DNA of 63,946 nucleotides, the filler included, from Vicugna vicugna (Eukaryota), in assembly GCA_013265495.1 (NCBI GenBank). It is 74 parts of 73 records of this genome, joined end to end, with 100 filler letters (N's around TTAATTAATTAA, not from the genome) between each part and the next. Parts side by side here need not be neighbours in the genome. Positions count along the whole stretch, not along the records: positions 50,249 to 51,318 come from MU058351.1; positions 51,419 to 52,122 come from PNXW01004204.1; positions 52,223 to 53,004 come from PNXW01004205.1; positions 53,105 to 53,525 come from MU058353.1; positions 53,626 to 53,995 come from MU058353.1; positions 54,096 to 54,877 come from MU058354.1; positions 54,978 to 55,459 come from PNXW01004215.1; positions 55,560 to 56,084 come from PNXW01004216.1; 66 more parts are not named here. The stretch is one strand, 5' to 3'. The translations under genes were made by a program, and so were the position numbers. The notes below the pieces were generated by a model, which saw only the letters and a program-made list of their open reading frames with translations, made no database searches and was not told where the DNA came from. Positions 50,249 to 62,329 of this stretch are shown piece after piece; position 1 is the stretch's first letter; each line of letters opens with the position of its first letter.

Positions 50249-51318
50249 ATTACAGAATATAGAATGTAGAACACAGAATTTAGAATATGGAACCCAGAAT
50301 AGAGAACCCAGAAATAAGACATGGAATGCAGAACACAGAATTTGGAATATAAAATACAGAATACTGAATATAGAATTTAGAATATAGAATAGATAATAGA
50401 AAATATAGAATCCAGAATTTAGAACATGGAATTCCGAACCCAGAATTTAGAATATAGAATACAGAATACTGAATATAGAATTTAGAACATAGAACTCGGA
50501 ACATAGAATTTAGAATATAGAATACAGAATACTTAATATAGAATCTAGTATTTAGAATGCGGAACATAGAAATTAGAATAAAGAATACAGAATACTGAAT
50601 AAAGAATTTAGAATATAGAATGTAGAACACAGAATTTAGAATATAGAGTAAAGAATACAGAATATTGAATTAAGAATANNNNNNNNNNNNNNNNNNNNNN
50701 NNNNNNNNNNNNNNNNNNNNNNNNNNNNNNNNNNNNNNNNNNNNNNNNNNNNNNNNNNNNNNNNNNNNNNNNNNNNNNNNNNNNNNNNNNNNNNNNNNNN
50801 NNNNNNNNNNNNNNNNNNNNNNNNNNNNNNNNNNNNNNNNNNNNNNNNNNNNNNNNNNNNNNNNNNNNNNNNNNNNNNNNNNNNNNNNNNNNNNNNNNNN
50901 NNNNNNNNNNNNNNNNNNNNNNNNNNNNNNNNNNNNNNNNNNNNNNNNNNNNNNNNNNNNNNNNNNNNNNNNNNNNNNNNNNNNNNNNNNNNNNNNNNNN
51001 NNNNNNNNNNNNNNNNNNNNNNNNNNNNNNNNNNNNNNNNNNNNNNNNNNNNNNNNNNNNNNNNNNNNNNNNNNNNNNNNNNNNNNNNNNNNNNNNNNNN
51101 NNNNNNNNNNNNNNNNNNNNNNNNNNNNNNNNNNNNNNNNNNNNTTAGAATATAAATACAAAATATTGAATATAGAATTTAGAATATAGAATGAAGAACT
51201 CAGTGTATAGAATATAGAATACGGAATACTGAATGTACAATTTAAAATATAGAATGTAGAACACAGAATAAAAACTATAGAATACGGAATGCAGAATATA
51301 GAATACAGAAAAGAGAAT
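50249..51318 (+). repeat. Satellite E, gapped
   Basis: Heptamer array. Confidence 0.95.
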
Positions 51319-51418
51319 NNNNNNNNNNNNNNNNNNNNNNNNNNNNNNNNNNNNNNNNNNNNTTAATTAATTAANNNNNNNNNNNNNNNNNNNNNNNNNN
51401 NNNNNNNNNNNNNNNNNN

Positions 51419-52122
51419 AAAGTTTTCGGGGGAAGAGAGGCGGGGCTCAGGCACAGCAGCCATGTCCTTCGGCGCTGAGCATCCAGGCGGGGGCGGGGGC
51501 GAAACCTGCACCAGCACCGAAGGGCTCAGCAGCCTCAAAGGCCAGACGGAGACTTGTCTACAGCCGGAGGCAGATAGAAGTCTTCTGTCCTGGTCCCTCA
51601 GAGAACTTGCTCGGCCGAGATAAACAAGGAGCTGGGTTCTGGCCCAGAGCAGGGACAGGGATGTTCTTCAGTCTTCCCCGAGCCCGCCGGTGGAGGGCCG
51701 ACCAGGGCGGAGCGCGCAGCCGCACAGAGCAGCGGAGCTACCGGCGGCGCAGGTAGAGGGAGAGCGGCCCCCGCCTGTCGGGCAGGAACACAGCCCCTGG
51801 CCGAGGTGCTGGGAGGGGGCAAGACCCGCCCTCCTACCTGGCCAGTCTGCAACATCTGACTGCGGCCCTGGGAGGGGCAGTGACCCGCCCGCCCACAGCA
51901 GAGGAGAGCTGCACCTGACCCAGTGTTGGGAGGAGGCACGATCTGCTTGCCAACAGGCACTGGGAGCAGCACAGATGAGGGCGCATGGAAACAGCAAGCT
52001 GAGCTTCCAAAAGAGGACAAAGACAGACTACACATTAAAACATACATTCTCCAGGAGAACACCCCCCCTTTTTTTAAAAAAAAAATCTGTTTTACCTGTT
52101 TTATTTTCTATTACCCTTTCAA
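51419..52122 (+). mobile_element. Probable young L1 5'UTR (CpG-rich internal promoter)
   Basis: CpG-rich sequence running into a T-rich tract, with a second diverged copy at 29553-29948 showing it is an interspersed repeat; the L1 assignment is inferred from layout. Confidence 0.6.
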
Positions 52123-52222
52123 NNNNNNNNNNNNNNNNNNNNNNNNNNNNNNNNNNNNNNNNNNNNTTAATTAATTAANNNNNNNNNNNNNNNNNNNNNN
52201 NNNNNNNNNNNNNNNNNNNNNN

Positions 52223-53004
52223 CGAGCACCCCCACGCACTGACAATGGTCCCGGAATCCTGAACGTGTGGAGGTTCCACCAACTTTCAGCAGCGCGTGGT
52301 TTCTTACGGAATGCCTAAGCTCGTCTCCCCTGAGTTTTTTCCTAATATCTCTGTGCCAGGTAATGCTAGGGGTGATTGCAGGATATCCCAGTAACCGAGG
52401 CTGACTCCCCAAGGTCAGGGAAGGTATTTCCCGAACTTCCCCGAACAGGGAATTCCTGTGAATGAAGAGAGCTGCATGGAGTTGTCTCTCGAGCTCCCCC
52501 ACGCACTGACAATGATTCCGGAATCCTGAGCTTTGGTAGGTTTCACCAACGGTCGGCAGCGCGTGGGTTCTTACGGAATGCCTAAGCTCGTCTCCCCTGA
52601 GGGTTTTCCTAATTTCTCTGTGCCAGGGAATGCTAGGGGGGGTTTGCAGGATATCCCAGTGACAGAGGCTACCTCCCCAAGGTCAGGGAAGTTATTTCAC
52701 GGACCTCCCCAAACAGGGAACTCCTGTGAATGAAGAGAGCTGCGTGGAGTTGTCTCTCGAGCTCCCCAACGCACTGACAATGGTTGTGGAATCCTGAGCG
52801 TGGGGAGGTTCCACCAACGGTCGGCAGCGCGTGGGTTCTAACGGAATGACTAAGATCATCTCCCCTGAGTGTTTTCCTAATGTCTCCGTGCCAGGGAATG
52901 CTAGGGGTGATTGCAGGATATCCCAGTGACCGAGGCTGCCTCCCCAAGGTCAGGGAATTAACTCCTGTGAATGAAGAGAGCTGCATGGAGATGTCTCTCG
53001 AGCT
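52223..53004 (-). repeat. Satellite A, reverse orientation
   Basis: About three monomers; one has a ~25-bp deletion near 52955. Confidence 0.96.
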
Positions 53005-53104
53005 NNNNNNNNNNNNNNNNNNNNNNNNNNNNNNNNNNNNNNNNNNNNTTAATTAATTAANNNNNNNNNNNNNNNNNNNNNNNNNNNNNNNNNNNNNNNN
53101 NNNN

Positions 53105-53346
53105 TTATTGGTTACTACAAGATATTGAATATAGTTCCCTGTGCTATACTTTGCGTGTCTTTTGATCCCAGACTCCTAATTTATCCCTCCACTGCCTTTT
53201 CCCCTTTTGTAACCATAGTTTGTTTTCTATGTCTCTAAGTCTGGTTCAGTTTTGTAAATATGTTCATTTGTATCATTTTTAGATTCAGCATATAATATGA
53301 TATTTAATTTTCTCTGACTTTAGATAATATGATCATCTCTAGGTCC
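53105..53346 (-). mobile_element. L1 3'UTR (antisense)
   Basis: AGATATTGAATATAGTTCCCTGTGCTATAC...CTCCTAATTTATCCCT...TTTGTTTTCTATGTCT..TTAGATTC; reverse of the 42025-type tail. Confidence 0.88.
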
Positions 53347-54977
53347 AAAAGTAATTAATAAAAACCATTATTATTTTCTAATCAATTCTCTCATTTGGTG
53401 GACTCAACACTTGTAGATTTTAACTTTAAATTTTTAACTCTTCCCAAGGAACCCTACAAGTTCATAGTACATAATATTCTGTATCTTAGTTATAGTGAAA
53501 TTTAGATTCACAATTTCTCTTGCTANNNNNNNNNNNNNNNNNNNNNNNNNNNNNNNNNNNNNNNNNNNNTTAATTAATTAANNNNNNNNNNNNNNNNNNN
53601 NNNNNNNNNNNNNNNNNNNNNNNNNCTGTGGCAGATGGCATGCTTTGTTAGTAGAGAGTACCAGAGAGACAATAGAGTAAGAAAGGGGTTTCTCTTCCAA
53701 GTCTGCTGTTCAGCAGAAGAACTTGGATGTTGAATTGAGCAAATGATATGGAAGGAAAAGAGAAAGCAAATGATCATGCACAAATGATAACACGACCAGG
53801 AACCAACAAGTTCAATACAAGGATGGACTTTCCTCACCATCTTTTTAAAACAAGTCCTAATGGCTAAATATATGTGACCATTTTATATGCAGTTCTGCCT
53901 TCATGATGTGAATGTACAATGATTATGGTAGCCATTCTTTTATTATATTGCTATGTTTTGTAAAACTTCACTTCGACTCCAGAGGATTCTTCTTANNNNN
54001 NNNNNNNNNNNNNNNNNNNNNNNNNNNNNNNNNNNNNNNTTAATTAATTAANNNNNNNNNNNNNNNNNNNNNNNNNNNNNNNNNNNNNNNNNNNNAAATG
54101 GTTGTGTGTACTTTTGAACTAAACAAGTCGCTATTAAAGACAAAAAGCTCTATCACTGTCACTACCCTCCCCTTCCCCAAACTCACTGATGTTGAGCAAA
54201 TATTGAACAATTTTACCGCCTCATTGGTCAACTGAGAACACAGTTACTTTCTGGGCAAAAAACTAAATAGAAGAAAACAATAAGAAACTACAAATGTAAT
54301 CCTCATTAAATTCCCCAAACTGTATCTTCTTTTCATATCATAAAATAAGGTTATCTTTGNNNNNNNNNNNNNNNNNNNNNNNNNNNNNNNNNNNNNNNNN
54401 NNNNNNNNNNNNNNNNNNNNNNNNNNNNNNNNNNNNNNNNNNNNNNNNNNNNNNNNNNNNNNNNNNNNNNNNNNNNNNNNNNNNNNNNNNNNNNNNNNNN
54501 NNNNNNNNNNNNNNNNNNNNNNNNNNNNNNNNNNNNNNNNNNNNNNNNNNNNNNNNNNNNNNNNNNNNNNNNNNNNNNNNNNNNNNNNNNNNNNNNNNNN
54601 NNNNNNNNNNNNNNNNNNNNNNNNNNNNNNNNNNNNNNNNNNNNNNNNNNNNNNNNNNNNNNNNNNNNNNNNNNNNNNNNNNNNNNNNNNNNNNNNNNNN
54701 NNNNNNNNNNNNNNNNNNNNNNNNNNNNNNNNNNNNNNNNNNNNNNNNNNNNNNTCACAGATGGTGTACGCCCATGAGGAAGCATGGGATGCCTGGCTGT
54801 CCCTCTTTCAAGATGTCAGTGGCCAAGAAGGAGCATGTCAAGACCCATCACTTCTTTAAAGGGGCTGCAAAATGACANNNNNNNNNNNNNNNNNNNNNNN
54901 NNNNNNNNNNNNNNNNNNNNNTTAATTAATTAANNNNNNNNNNNNNNNNNNNNNNNNNNNNNNNNNNNNNNNNNNNN

Positions 54978-55459
54978 AGCAACTGCGTTATTTGGTAGAC
55001 AAGCTACCACCAGGCGGCGCAGGTGATCCCCCAGCCAGGAGTGGCCGCGCGCTCTCGCTGGCGGGTGCCGCGCTGGGTAACTGGGAGCCGGATCGCTGCC
55101 TCTGCGCCTGGGCTGGCCGCCTTGGGGCCCCAGCTACCGGCTCGGGTGGGGGCTGGTTTTCTCGCCGGCCATCGGGGAAGGCCGCTGGAGAGAGGGGAGG
55201 GAGGACAGGGGATGGGAGCGGCGGGAGGGCAGCCAGAGAGCAGGGCGAGGAGGCGGTAAGGGGAGGGGAGAGGATGGGCCGAGAAGCTGAGGCCGGGAGG
55301 GGTGCTGGCAGGGTTGGGACCGAGAGAGAAAGTAACTCCAGGACGAGACCGGAGCGCCCCGCGCCGCGGACACAGGCGGCGTGGCTGCGCCCGAGGCCGC
55401 TCCGTCGCTCCCGTTCCAACGTAAGCCCGGCGAGGGCGCCACCGTTCAGCGATGCGCAC
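54978..55459 (+). promoter_or_regulatory. CpG-island fragment with CTCF-like site and possible first-exon donor
   Basis: Very GC/CpG-rich; CCACCAGGCGGCGC at 55007-55020; GCG|GTAAGG near 55255. Confidence 0.6.
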
Positions 55460-55559
55460 NNNNNNNNNNNNNNNNNNNNNNNNNNNNNNNNNNNNNNNNN
55501 NNNTTAATTAATTAANNNNNNNNNNNNNNNNNNNNNNNNNNNNNNNNNNNNNNNNNNNN

Positions 55560-56084
55560 ACTAAATTGTTAGCAAATCCAACAATACATTAAGAGGATTT
55601 TACACTATGATTAAGTATATTTCATTCCAGGGATGCAGAAGTGATTCAATACCCACAAATTAATCAGTATGATACACCACACTAACAACCTGAAGAATAA
55701 AAATTATATGGCCACTTCAATAGAGTCATAAAATATTTTGACATATTCAGGATCTATTTATGAATGTATTGCTCCTCAAAGTGGGCATGAGGAAACATAC
55801 CTCAACACAGTTAAGGTCATATATGACAAGAACTCTGCTAACGTGACGCACACTGATTAAAAGCTGAAAGCATCTCCAATAAGAGCAGCAGGAAGAAGAC
55901 AAGAATGCTCACTCTTACCACTGTTATTCAGTATAGTATGGAAATTCTAGCCATAGCTATCCAAAACAGAATTAAATAAAATATAGCTAATTAAAAAAAA
56001 GGAGTAAAATTATCTGTTTGCAGATGACATACTTTAAACAAATCCTGAAAATGGTGCCACAAAACTACTAGGGCTTATCAATGC
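55560..56084 (+). mobile_element. Degenerate L1 ORF2 reverse-transcriptase fragment
   Basis: FIPGMQ-like (TTCATTCCAGGGATGCA), IYDK, RQECSLLPLLF and LFADD (TCTGTTTGCAGATGACAT) motifs, with stops. Confidence 0.92.
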
Positions 56085-56184
56085 NNNNNNNNNNNNNNNN
56101 NNNNNNNNNNNNNNNNNNNNNNNNNNNNTTAATTAATTAANNNNNNNNNNNNNNNNNNNNNNNNNNNNNNNNNNNNNNNNNNNN

Positions 56185-57143
56185 AGGGTTTTCCTAATGT
56201 CTATGTGCCAGGGAATTCTAGGGGGTTTTTAGGATATCCCAGTGAAAGAGGCTGCATCCCCAAACTCAGGGAAGGTATTTCTCGGACTTCCCAGAACAGG
56301 GAACACCTGTGACTGAAGAGAGCTGCGTGGAGTTGTCTCTCGTACTCCCCCACGCACTGACAATGTTTCCGGAATCCTGAGCGTGGGGAAGAGGTTCCAC
56401 CAAATTTCGGCAGCGCGTGGGTTCTAACGGAATGCCTACGCTCGTCTCCCCTGAGGTTTTTCCTAATGTCTCTGTGCCAGGGAATGCTAGGGTGTTTTGC
56501 AGGATATCCCAGTGAAAGAGGCTGCCTCCAAAAGGTCAGGGAAGGTATTTCTCGGACTTCCCCGAACAAGGAACACCTGTGACTGAAGAGAACTTCGTGG
56601 AGTTTTCTCTCGACCTCCCCCACGCACTGACTATTGTTCCGGAATCCTGAGCGAGGGGAGGTTCCACCAACGGTCGGCAGCGCGTGGGTTCTAACGGAAA
56701 GTCTAAGCTCGTCTCCCCTGAGGGTTTTCCTCNNNNNNNNNNNNNNNNNNNNNNNNNNNNNNNNNNNNNNNNNNNNNNNNNNNNNNNNNNNNNNNNNNNN
56801 NNNNNNNNNNNNNNNNNNNNNNNNNNNNNNNCTGTGACTGAAGAGATCTGCGTGGAGTTGTCTCTCTAGCTCCCCCACCCACTGACAATGGTTCCGGAAT
56901 CCTGAGCGTGGGGAGGTTCCACCAACGGTCGGCAGCACGTGGGTCCAACGGAAAACCTAAACTCGTCTCCCCTGAGGGTTTTCCTTATGTCTCTGTGCCA
57001 GGGAAGGCTAAGGGGTTTTGCATGATATCCCAGTGACAGAGGCTTCCTCCCCAATGTCAGGGAAGTAATTTCTCGGACTTCCCCGAACAGGGAACAAATG
57101 TGACTGAAGAGATCTGCGTGGAGTTGTCTCTCTAGCTCCCCCA
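56185..57143 (-). repeat. Satellite A, reverse orientation
   Basis: Three to four tandem monomers. Confidence 0.96.
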
Positions 57144-57929
57144 NNNNNNNNNNNNNNNNNNNNNNNNNNNNNNNNNNNNNNNNNNNNTTAATTAATTAAN
57201 NNNNNNNNNNNNNNNNNNNNNNNNNNNNNNNNNNNNNNNNNNNAATATGGCATTCCTTCATCCTGTTAGAAGACATACAATTTTACATCACGGGCTAGGA
57301 ATCCATTTGATTCCAAATCGGCATTTGGGTTAGGTCACGATATGCTCTTATGAATCAATATTTACGAATATGAATGCACGCCTCTGATTTCCGAATACAA
57401 GTGCGCTGAGTACATGCAAGCCGCGATGCTAAGTCGTTGGGTCCTGAATGACCCTTGACATCACCTTGGGTATTTTCTTTTGAATAATNNNNNNNNNNNN
57501 NNNNNNNNNNNNNNNNNNNNNNNNNNNNNNNNTTAATTAATTAANNNNNNNNNNNNNNNNNNNNNNNNNNNNNNNNNNNNNNNNNNNNCCGTCCAGGAAC
57601 TGGGACCAAAGACCTCCCAAATTCTTCATTAAACTGGAGTAAATGTTAGATTTCACTTAAATTATAAAATAAGAGAGAAAGTCTCACTGCTTTGCTGTAT
57701 CTGCTGTCTGACACCGTCCCACTACACCATGTGACTGTAACATCTCGCTCAGCATGGCTCTTAGAGCACCAACATCGGCTGCTCCCCGTGAGCTTATGCT
57801 GTTTGGCAAGGTGGCTGGGGAGAGGGAGACCAAGAACAACTGAGCAAACAAACATACCTGGGCAAATAAGGAAACTAAACTTCTGATTGAAATGAAGGAA
57901 ATAACACAGTGTTGAAATCGGGAGACACA

Positions 57930-58440
57930 GGGGGAAGTGAGTCAAGAAAGCTATCTTTGAGTAGGTGACTTGTGAGCTGAGATGTGGATAGTGAAAAGGA
58001 GGCCAGATTTTGAAGATCTGGGAAAAGTCATCCCAGGGATAGAGGCAGCTTATCCAATGGCCCCGAGGCACAAATGCATTCGGCAGGTTCGAGGAGATAC
58101 TGGAGCCAGTGCTGCTGAGAATGATGAGATGTGAGGTTTAGAAGGGCATCAGAAGCACGGAAAAGAGTGTAGACTCTAAGTGCAGTGAGAAGCAGTCATG
58201 ATAATTTAAGCACTAGTGTAATTTTCTCTGGCTCACATTTTGCAAAGATAATGGGGAGAATGAATTGCAGGGACCCAGGAAGCAGGGAGGCCGGGTAGGA
58301 GGCTCTTGGAGAGGGCCAGATGAGAGATGGTGGGAGCCAGGGAGGAATGCATTTGGGAAGTGGCGCTGACACGATGCAATTATGAGCTGGCTGTGGATGG
58401 TGACGAGAAGAGGAAGGTCAAGGTAGCCCCAGGTAGGCCT
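57930..58440 (-). mobile_element. L2 fragment
   Basis: GGTGACTTGTGAGCTGAGAT.TG...GATCTGGGAAAAG.C.TCCCAGG.AGAGG...GGCCCCGAGGC...TGGAGCCAGTG.. typical of antisense L2. Confidence 0.75.
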
Positions 58441-58589
58441 GGAGCCAGGTGCCTGTTCTTTCTAATCTCAGTGCCCCNNNNNNNNNNNNNNNNNNNNNNN
58501 NNNNNNNNNNNNNNNNNNNNNTTAATTAATTAANNNNNNNNNNNNNNNNNNNNNNNNNNNNNNNNNNNNNNNNNNNNTGTGCTATAATA

Positions 58590-58745
58590 CTCTTTAGAAT
58601 TTACAACAATCCCAGGAAGAAATGAATATTATCGTGCCTACTTCACATATTCACCAACAGATTAAGAGAAGTTACATTCTAGTCCAAGGCCCTATGGTGA
58701 TGAGATCGTGATTTAAACTGGAATCTGGGCCCAGGCCTTGGCTCC
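58590..58745 (-). mobile_element. MIR fragment
   Basis: TTACAACAATCC...TATTATC..CC.ACTTCACA.AT..AGAGAAGTTA...TCCAAGGCC..GATTTAAACT. Confidence 0.55.
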
Positions 58746-59101
58746 ATCTCTCTCCCATCCACCTGACCCCTTGCCTATGAAATCCACCTGTCCAATACAC
58801 AAGTTTGCAGCTGGACAGCTCTTAAATGCAATGTGTGCCACCGTTTGTCAATGTTGGTTAATTACCATAAACTGTTCTCAGAAACCACTACAGTAAACAA
58901 AGGTGGACTTAAGGAATTCTGCATTGTGTTCTCCTGTAATGTGCAGAAACCCTTCCCTACACCACCAAATCCAAATGTATGCTTCCTCCATGTTTATGTT
59001 TGCACACGGCTTACTGAAGTAGAAGGTACCTGCAGTAATTCAAGGTTGCTTTCCAAGGTTGCAGATTATCCATAATCAGCCCGTGAACGAAAATACCACA
59101 A

Positions 59102-59347
59102 TGTGAATGAAAATACTGCAACCATGTCAGTAAACAAAAATACTGAAACCAAGTCTTTAGCGGCTGCCTTCACCCCCAGCGAGGACAGGCCTGCAGCCCA
59201 GCCGCTGCAGCAACTCACAATGGTGCCCTCTGAAAAGACTCAGAATAAGAAAGGACAGGATACTTGCCCTAGATAGTTAGGTGCTTATCTAAAAAATGAA
59301 TACAGTGAGTCCAAATTATATGCTTCCTCCCATACATAGAAAAGCAC
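59102..59347 (+). mobile_element. ERV LTR, 5' half
   Basis: Begins TGTGAATG; 59222-59347 matches the reverse complement of 33182-33291. Confidence 0.8.
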
Positions 59348-59447
59348 NNNNNNNNNNNNNNNNNNNNNNNNNNNNNNNNNNNNNNNNNNNNTTAATTAAT
59401 TAANNNNNNNNNNNNNNNNNNNNNNNNNNNNNNNNNNNNNNNNNNNN

Positions 59448-59971
59448 ACCACTACTCGGTGCACTACACATATATGTGAATTTGTTCCTTTTCTTATGAT
59501 TATTTCTCTTATATATTTTGTTTCCTCATGTAAGTGGTAACATAGAGTGTTTTTCTCTGTATAACTTAATGTGATATGTGCAACACTACCTGGGTCCAGT
59601 CACATTGTTCCAAATGGCAGAATTTTATTTTTTGATTTGACAATGACTAAGTACTTATTATGTTATCTATACCTCATATCTACTTCAGCCAATCATCTGT
59701 TGATGGGCAGTTGATTTGTGCTTATATACTTGGCCATTATAAATGATGATGATAAGAACATTGGGGTAATATATCCTTTAAAGTAAATGTTTTCATTATT
59801 TTCAGATTTATAACAAAAACTGGAATTGCTGCACAACATATAATGTTTCTATTTCTAGTTTTCTTAGCACTGTCCACACTTTTATAATAGTGGATGCATC
59901 AATTAATATTTCCACCAACAGTGAAATTGGGTTCCGTTTTATCGACATTCATATTAATGTTTGTCATTTGA
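59448..59971 (-). mobile_element. Diverged L1 3' region (antisense)
   Basis: CATTGTTCCAAATGGCAGAATTT...TCATCTGTTGATGGGCA.TT...TTGGCCATTATAAAT...GGAATTGCTG...TCCACCAACAGTG. Confidence 0.85.
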
Positions 59972-60105
59972 NNNNNNNNNNNNNNNNNNNNNNNNNNNNN
60001 NNNNNNNNNNNNNNNTTAATTAATTAANNNNNNNNNNNNNNNNNNNNNNNNNNNNNNNNNNNNNNNNNNNNGTTTTGATCATCTCTGCCATTTCTTCTCC
60101 TTCAG

Positions 60106-60174
60106 ACGTCAGGGCCTTGGACCCGTTATTGGAGAAGAGAATTGAGGAACTTCTCAAGTCCACGTTGGAACTCC
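60106..60174 (+). CDS. Candidate 69-bp internal coding exon (phase 1-1), gene unidentified
   Basis: Acceptor TTTCTTCTCCTTCAG, donor GTATGT, open frame (D)VRALDPLLEKRIEELLKSTLEL. Confidence 0.45.
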
Positions 60175-60806
60175 GTATGTTTCTGCCTGTATCAGTGAGT
60201 TTCAATATGTCTCATGAATGTCTTTTGAGCCTGGTATCCTCTACAGCTGTCTCCACACCAGTATTCTCCATTGTAGCAGAACATCTCTCATCCATGTGTT
60301 CGCATCTCTCCTCAATCCGTGCAGCCAGCTTATCGGCCAGCTTCTCTTCGTGTCTCCCCNNNNNNNNNNNNNNNNNNNNNNNNNNNNNNNNNNNNNNNNN
60401 NNNNNNNNNNNNNNNNNNNNNNNNNNNNNNNNNNNNNNNNNNNNNNNNNNNNNNNNNNNNNNNNNNNNNNNNNNNNNNNNNNNNNNNNNNNNNNNNNNNN
60501 NNNNNNNNNNNNNNNNNNNNNNNNNNNNNNNNNNNNNNNNNNNNNNNNNNNNNNNNNNNNNNNNNNNNNNNNNNNNNNNNNNNNNNNNNNNNNNNNNNNN
60601 NNNNNNNNNNNNNNNNNNNNACAAGCCTCGCGGTAAACACCAACATTCCACCTGGAATCCAACCGCTAACTGCCATCCCCAATGGCTGCTGCATCTTGTC
60701 AGTGTTGGGGGAGGGGCTGCATCCGACGAGAGGTTCCTAATGTAAATGTGATTCTACCCACTAGCGTCCCATGGGTCTTTCTTTTTCCCTCTTTTCTTTT
60801 GTTCAG

Positions 60807-60829
60807 ATCTCTATGCACAGTACCAATGG
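60807..60829 (+). CDS. Candidate start of a downstream exon, truncated by scaffold end
   Basis: Long polypyrimidine tract ending GTTCAG; phase-1 frame reads xLYAQYQW. Confidence 0.35.
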
Positions 60830-61328
60830 NNNNNNNNNNNNNNNNNNNNNNNNNNNNNNNNNNNNNNNNNNNNTTAATTAATTAANNNNNNNNNNNNNNN
60901 NNNNNNNNNNNNNNNNNNNNNNNNNNNNNTAATACACTCAATTTTATATTCTATAAAAGCAATCTGAAAGAAACTAAAGGGCAGTGTATACAGTTCTTCA
61001 AAAAGCCACCTTGCAGAACACATTAGGCAATGTCTTTCCTATTTCTCTATAACTCCAATGCTAGCCAAACGAGCCANNNNNNNNNNACCCTAAAGATCTG
61101 TAATGAAGGGTGCCTCTCTTTGCTACTTTTATGCTTTTCATGTCCACAGCATAATCGGTGCTAGGAAGAAACTGATTTTTTTGGCCTTGGACCTCAATGT
61201 CACTATGCATTTGGTTGGCTTAGACTTTCCAAAGAATAAAATCATCCCTTTGTCACGTCAAAGAAACTACCAGAAAACAAAACTGGAAAAGGAGAGTTAT
61301 AATTTCCTATAATGAAAAAAGAACGTAC

Positions 61329-61533
61329 CTTGTGAGAATGGAAGTTTTTCCAAATTGTAAACGAGTCAGATCAGTCGGGGGGCTGCGGGAGCCAAGGGCA
61401 CCAGCCCCCTCTAGGCAAGCAGGGCGCGGGCGACTCGAGAGTAAGGGCACGGGTTGGCCTTGGCGGTGGGTCCAGTCCTCGGAGGCTTCCGCGCCCGTCA
61501 CCAGAGCGCCCAAGCGGAGGGGGCACAGCTTTG
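61329..61533 (-). other. Candidate CpG-rich 5' exon edge with splice donor
   Basis: Minus strand AAG|GTACGT at 61329/61328 lies at the transition from GC-rich to AT-rich sequence. Confidence 0.35.
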
Positions 61534-61633
61534 NNNNNNNNNNNNNNNNNNNNNNNNNNNNNNNNNNNNNNNNNNNNTTAATTAATTAANNNNNNNNNNN
61601 NNNNNNNNNNNNNNNNNNNNNNNNNNNNNNNNN

Positions 61634-62329
61634 CGAGAAACAACTCCACTCAGCTCTCTTCAGTCACAGGTGTTCCCTTTTCTGGGAAGCCGAGAAATAC
61701 CTTTCCTGTCCTTGGGGACGCAGCCTCTGTCACTGGGATATCCTGCAAACACCCCTAGCATTCCCTGGCACAGAGACATTAGGAAAACCCTCAATGGAGA
61801 CGAGCTTATGATTTCAATTAGAACCCACGCGCTTCCGACCGTTGTTGGAACCTCCCCACCTTCAGGATTCCGGAACCATTGTCAGTGCGTGGGGGAGCTC
61901 GAGAGACAACTCCACGCAGCTCTCTTCAGTCACAGGTGTTCCCTGTTTGGGGAAGTCCGAGAAATACCTTCNNNNNNNNNNNNNNNNNNNNNNNNNNNNN
62001 NNNNNNNNNNNNNNNNNNNNNNNCCCTGGCACAGAGATATTAGGAAAACCCTCAGGGGAGACGAGCGTAGGCTTTCCATTAGAACCGACGCGCTGCCGAC
62101 CGTTTGTGGAACCTCCCCACGCTCAGGATTCCTGAACCATTGTCAGTGCGTGGGGGAGCTCGAGAGACAACTCCAAGAAGCTCTCTTCATTCACAGGAGT
62201 TCCCTGTTCAGGGAAGTCCGAGAAATAACTTCCCTGACCTTGGGGAGGCAGCCTCTGTCACTGGGATATCCTGCAAACGCAACTAGCATACATTGGCAAA
62301 TAGACATTAGAAAAACTGTCAGAGGAGAC
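61634..62329 (+). repeat. Satellite A
   Basis: About 2.6 monomers. Confidence 0.96.

Noticed and set aside
54755..54877. Coding-looking 120-bp stretch beside a gap
   Set aside because: Too short; the frames examined stop quickly and nothing is recognisable.
54988..55459. Overlapping Pro/Ala/Gly/Arg-rich ORFs on both strands (also 51598-52178)
   Set aside because: Expected from stop-codon scarcity in GC-rich DNA; no recognisable domain.
60072..60359. Minus-strand charged reading GRHEEKLADKLAARIEERCEH...
   Set aside because: Interrupted by a stop, and the splice signals favour the plus strand.
328..60740. Long ORFs in the supplied track, e.g. 5584-6996, 23627-25091, 40791-41717
   Set aside because: Their length comes from N-runs translated as X; the flanks are satellite or transposon sequence.
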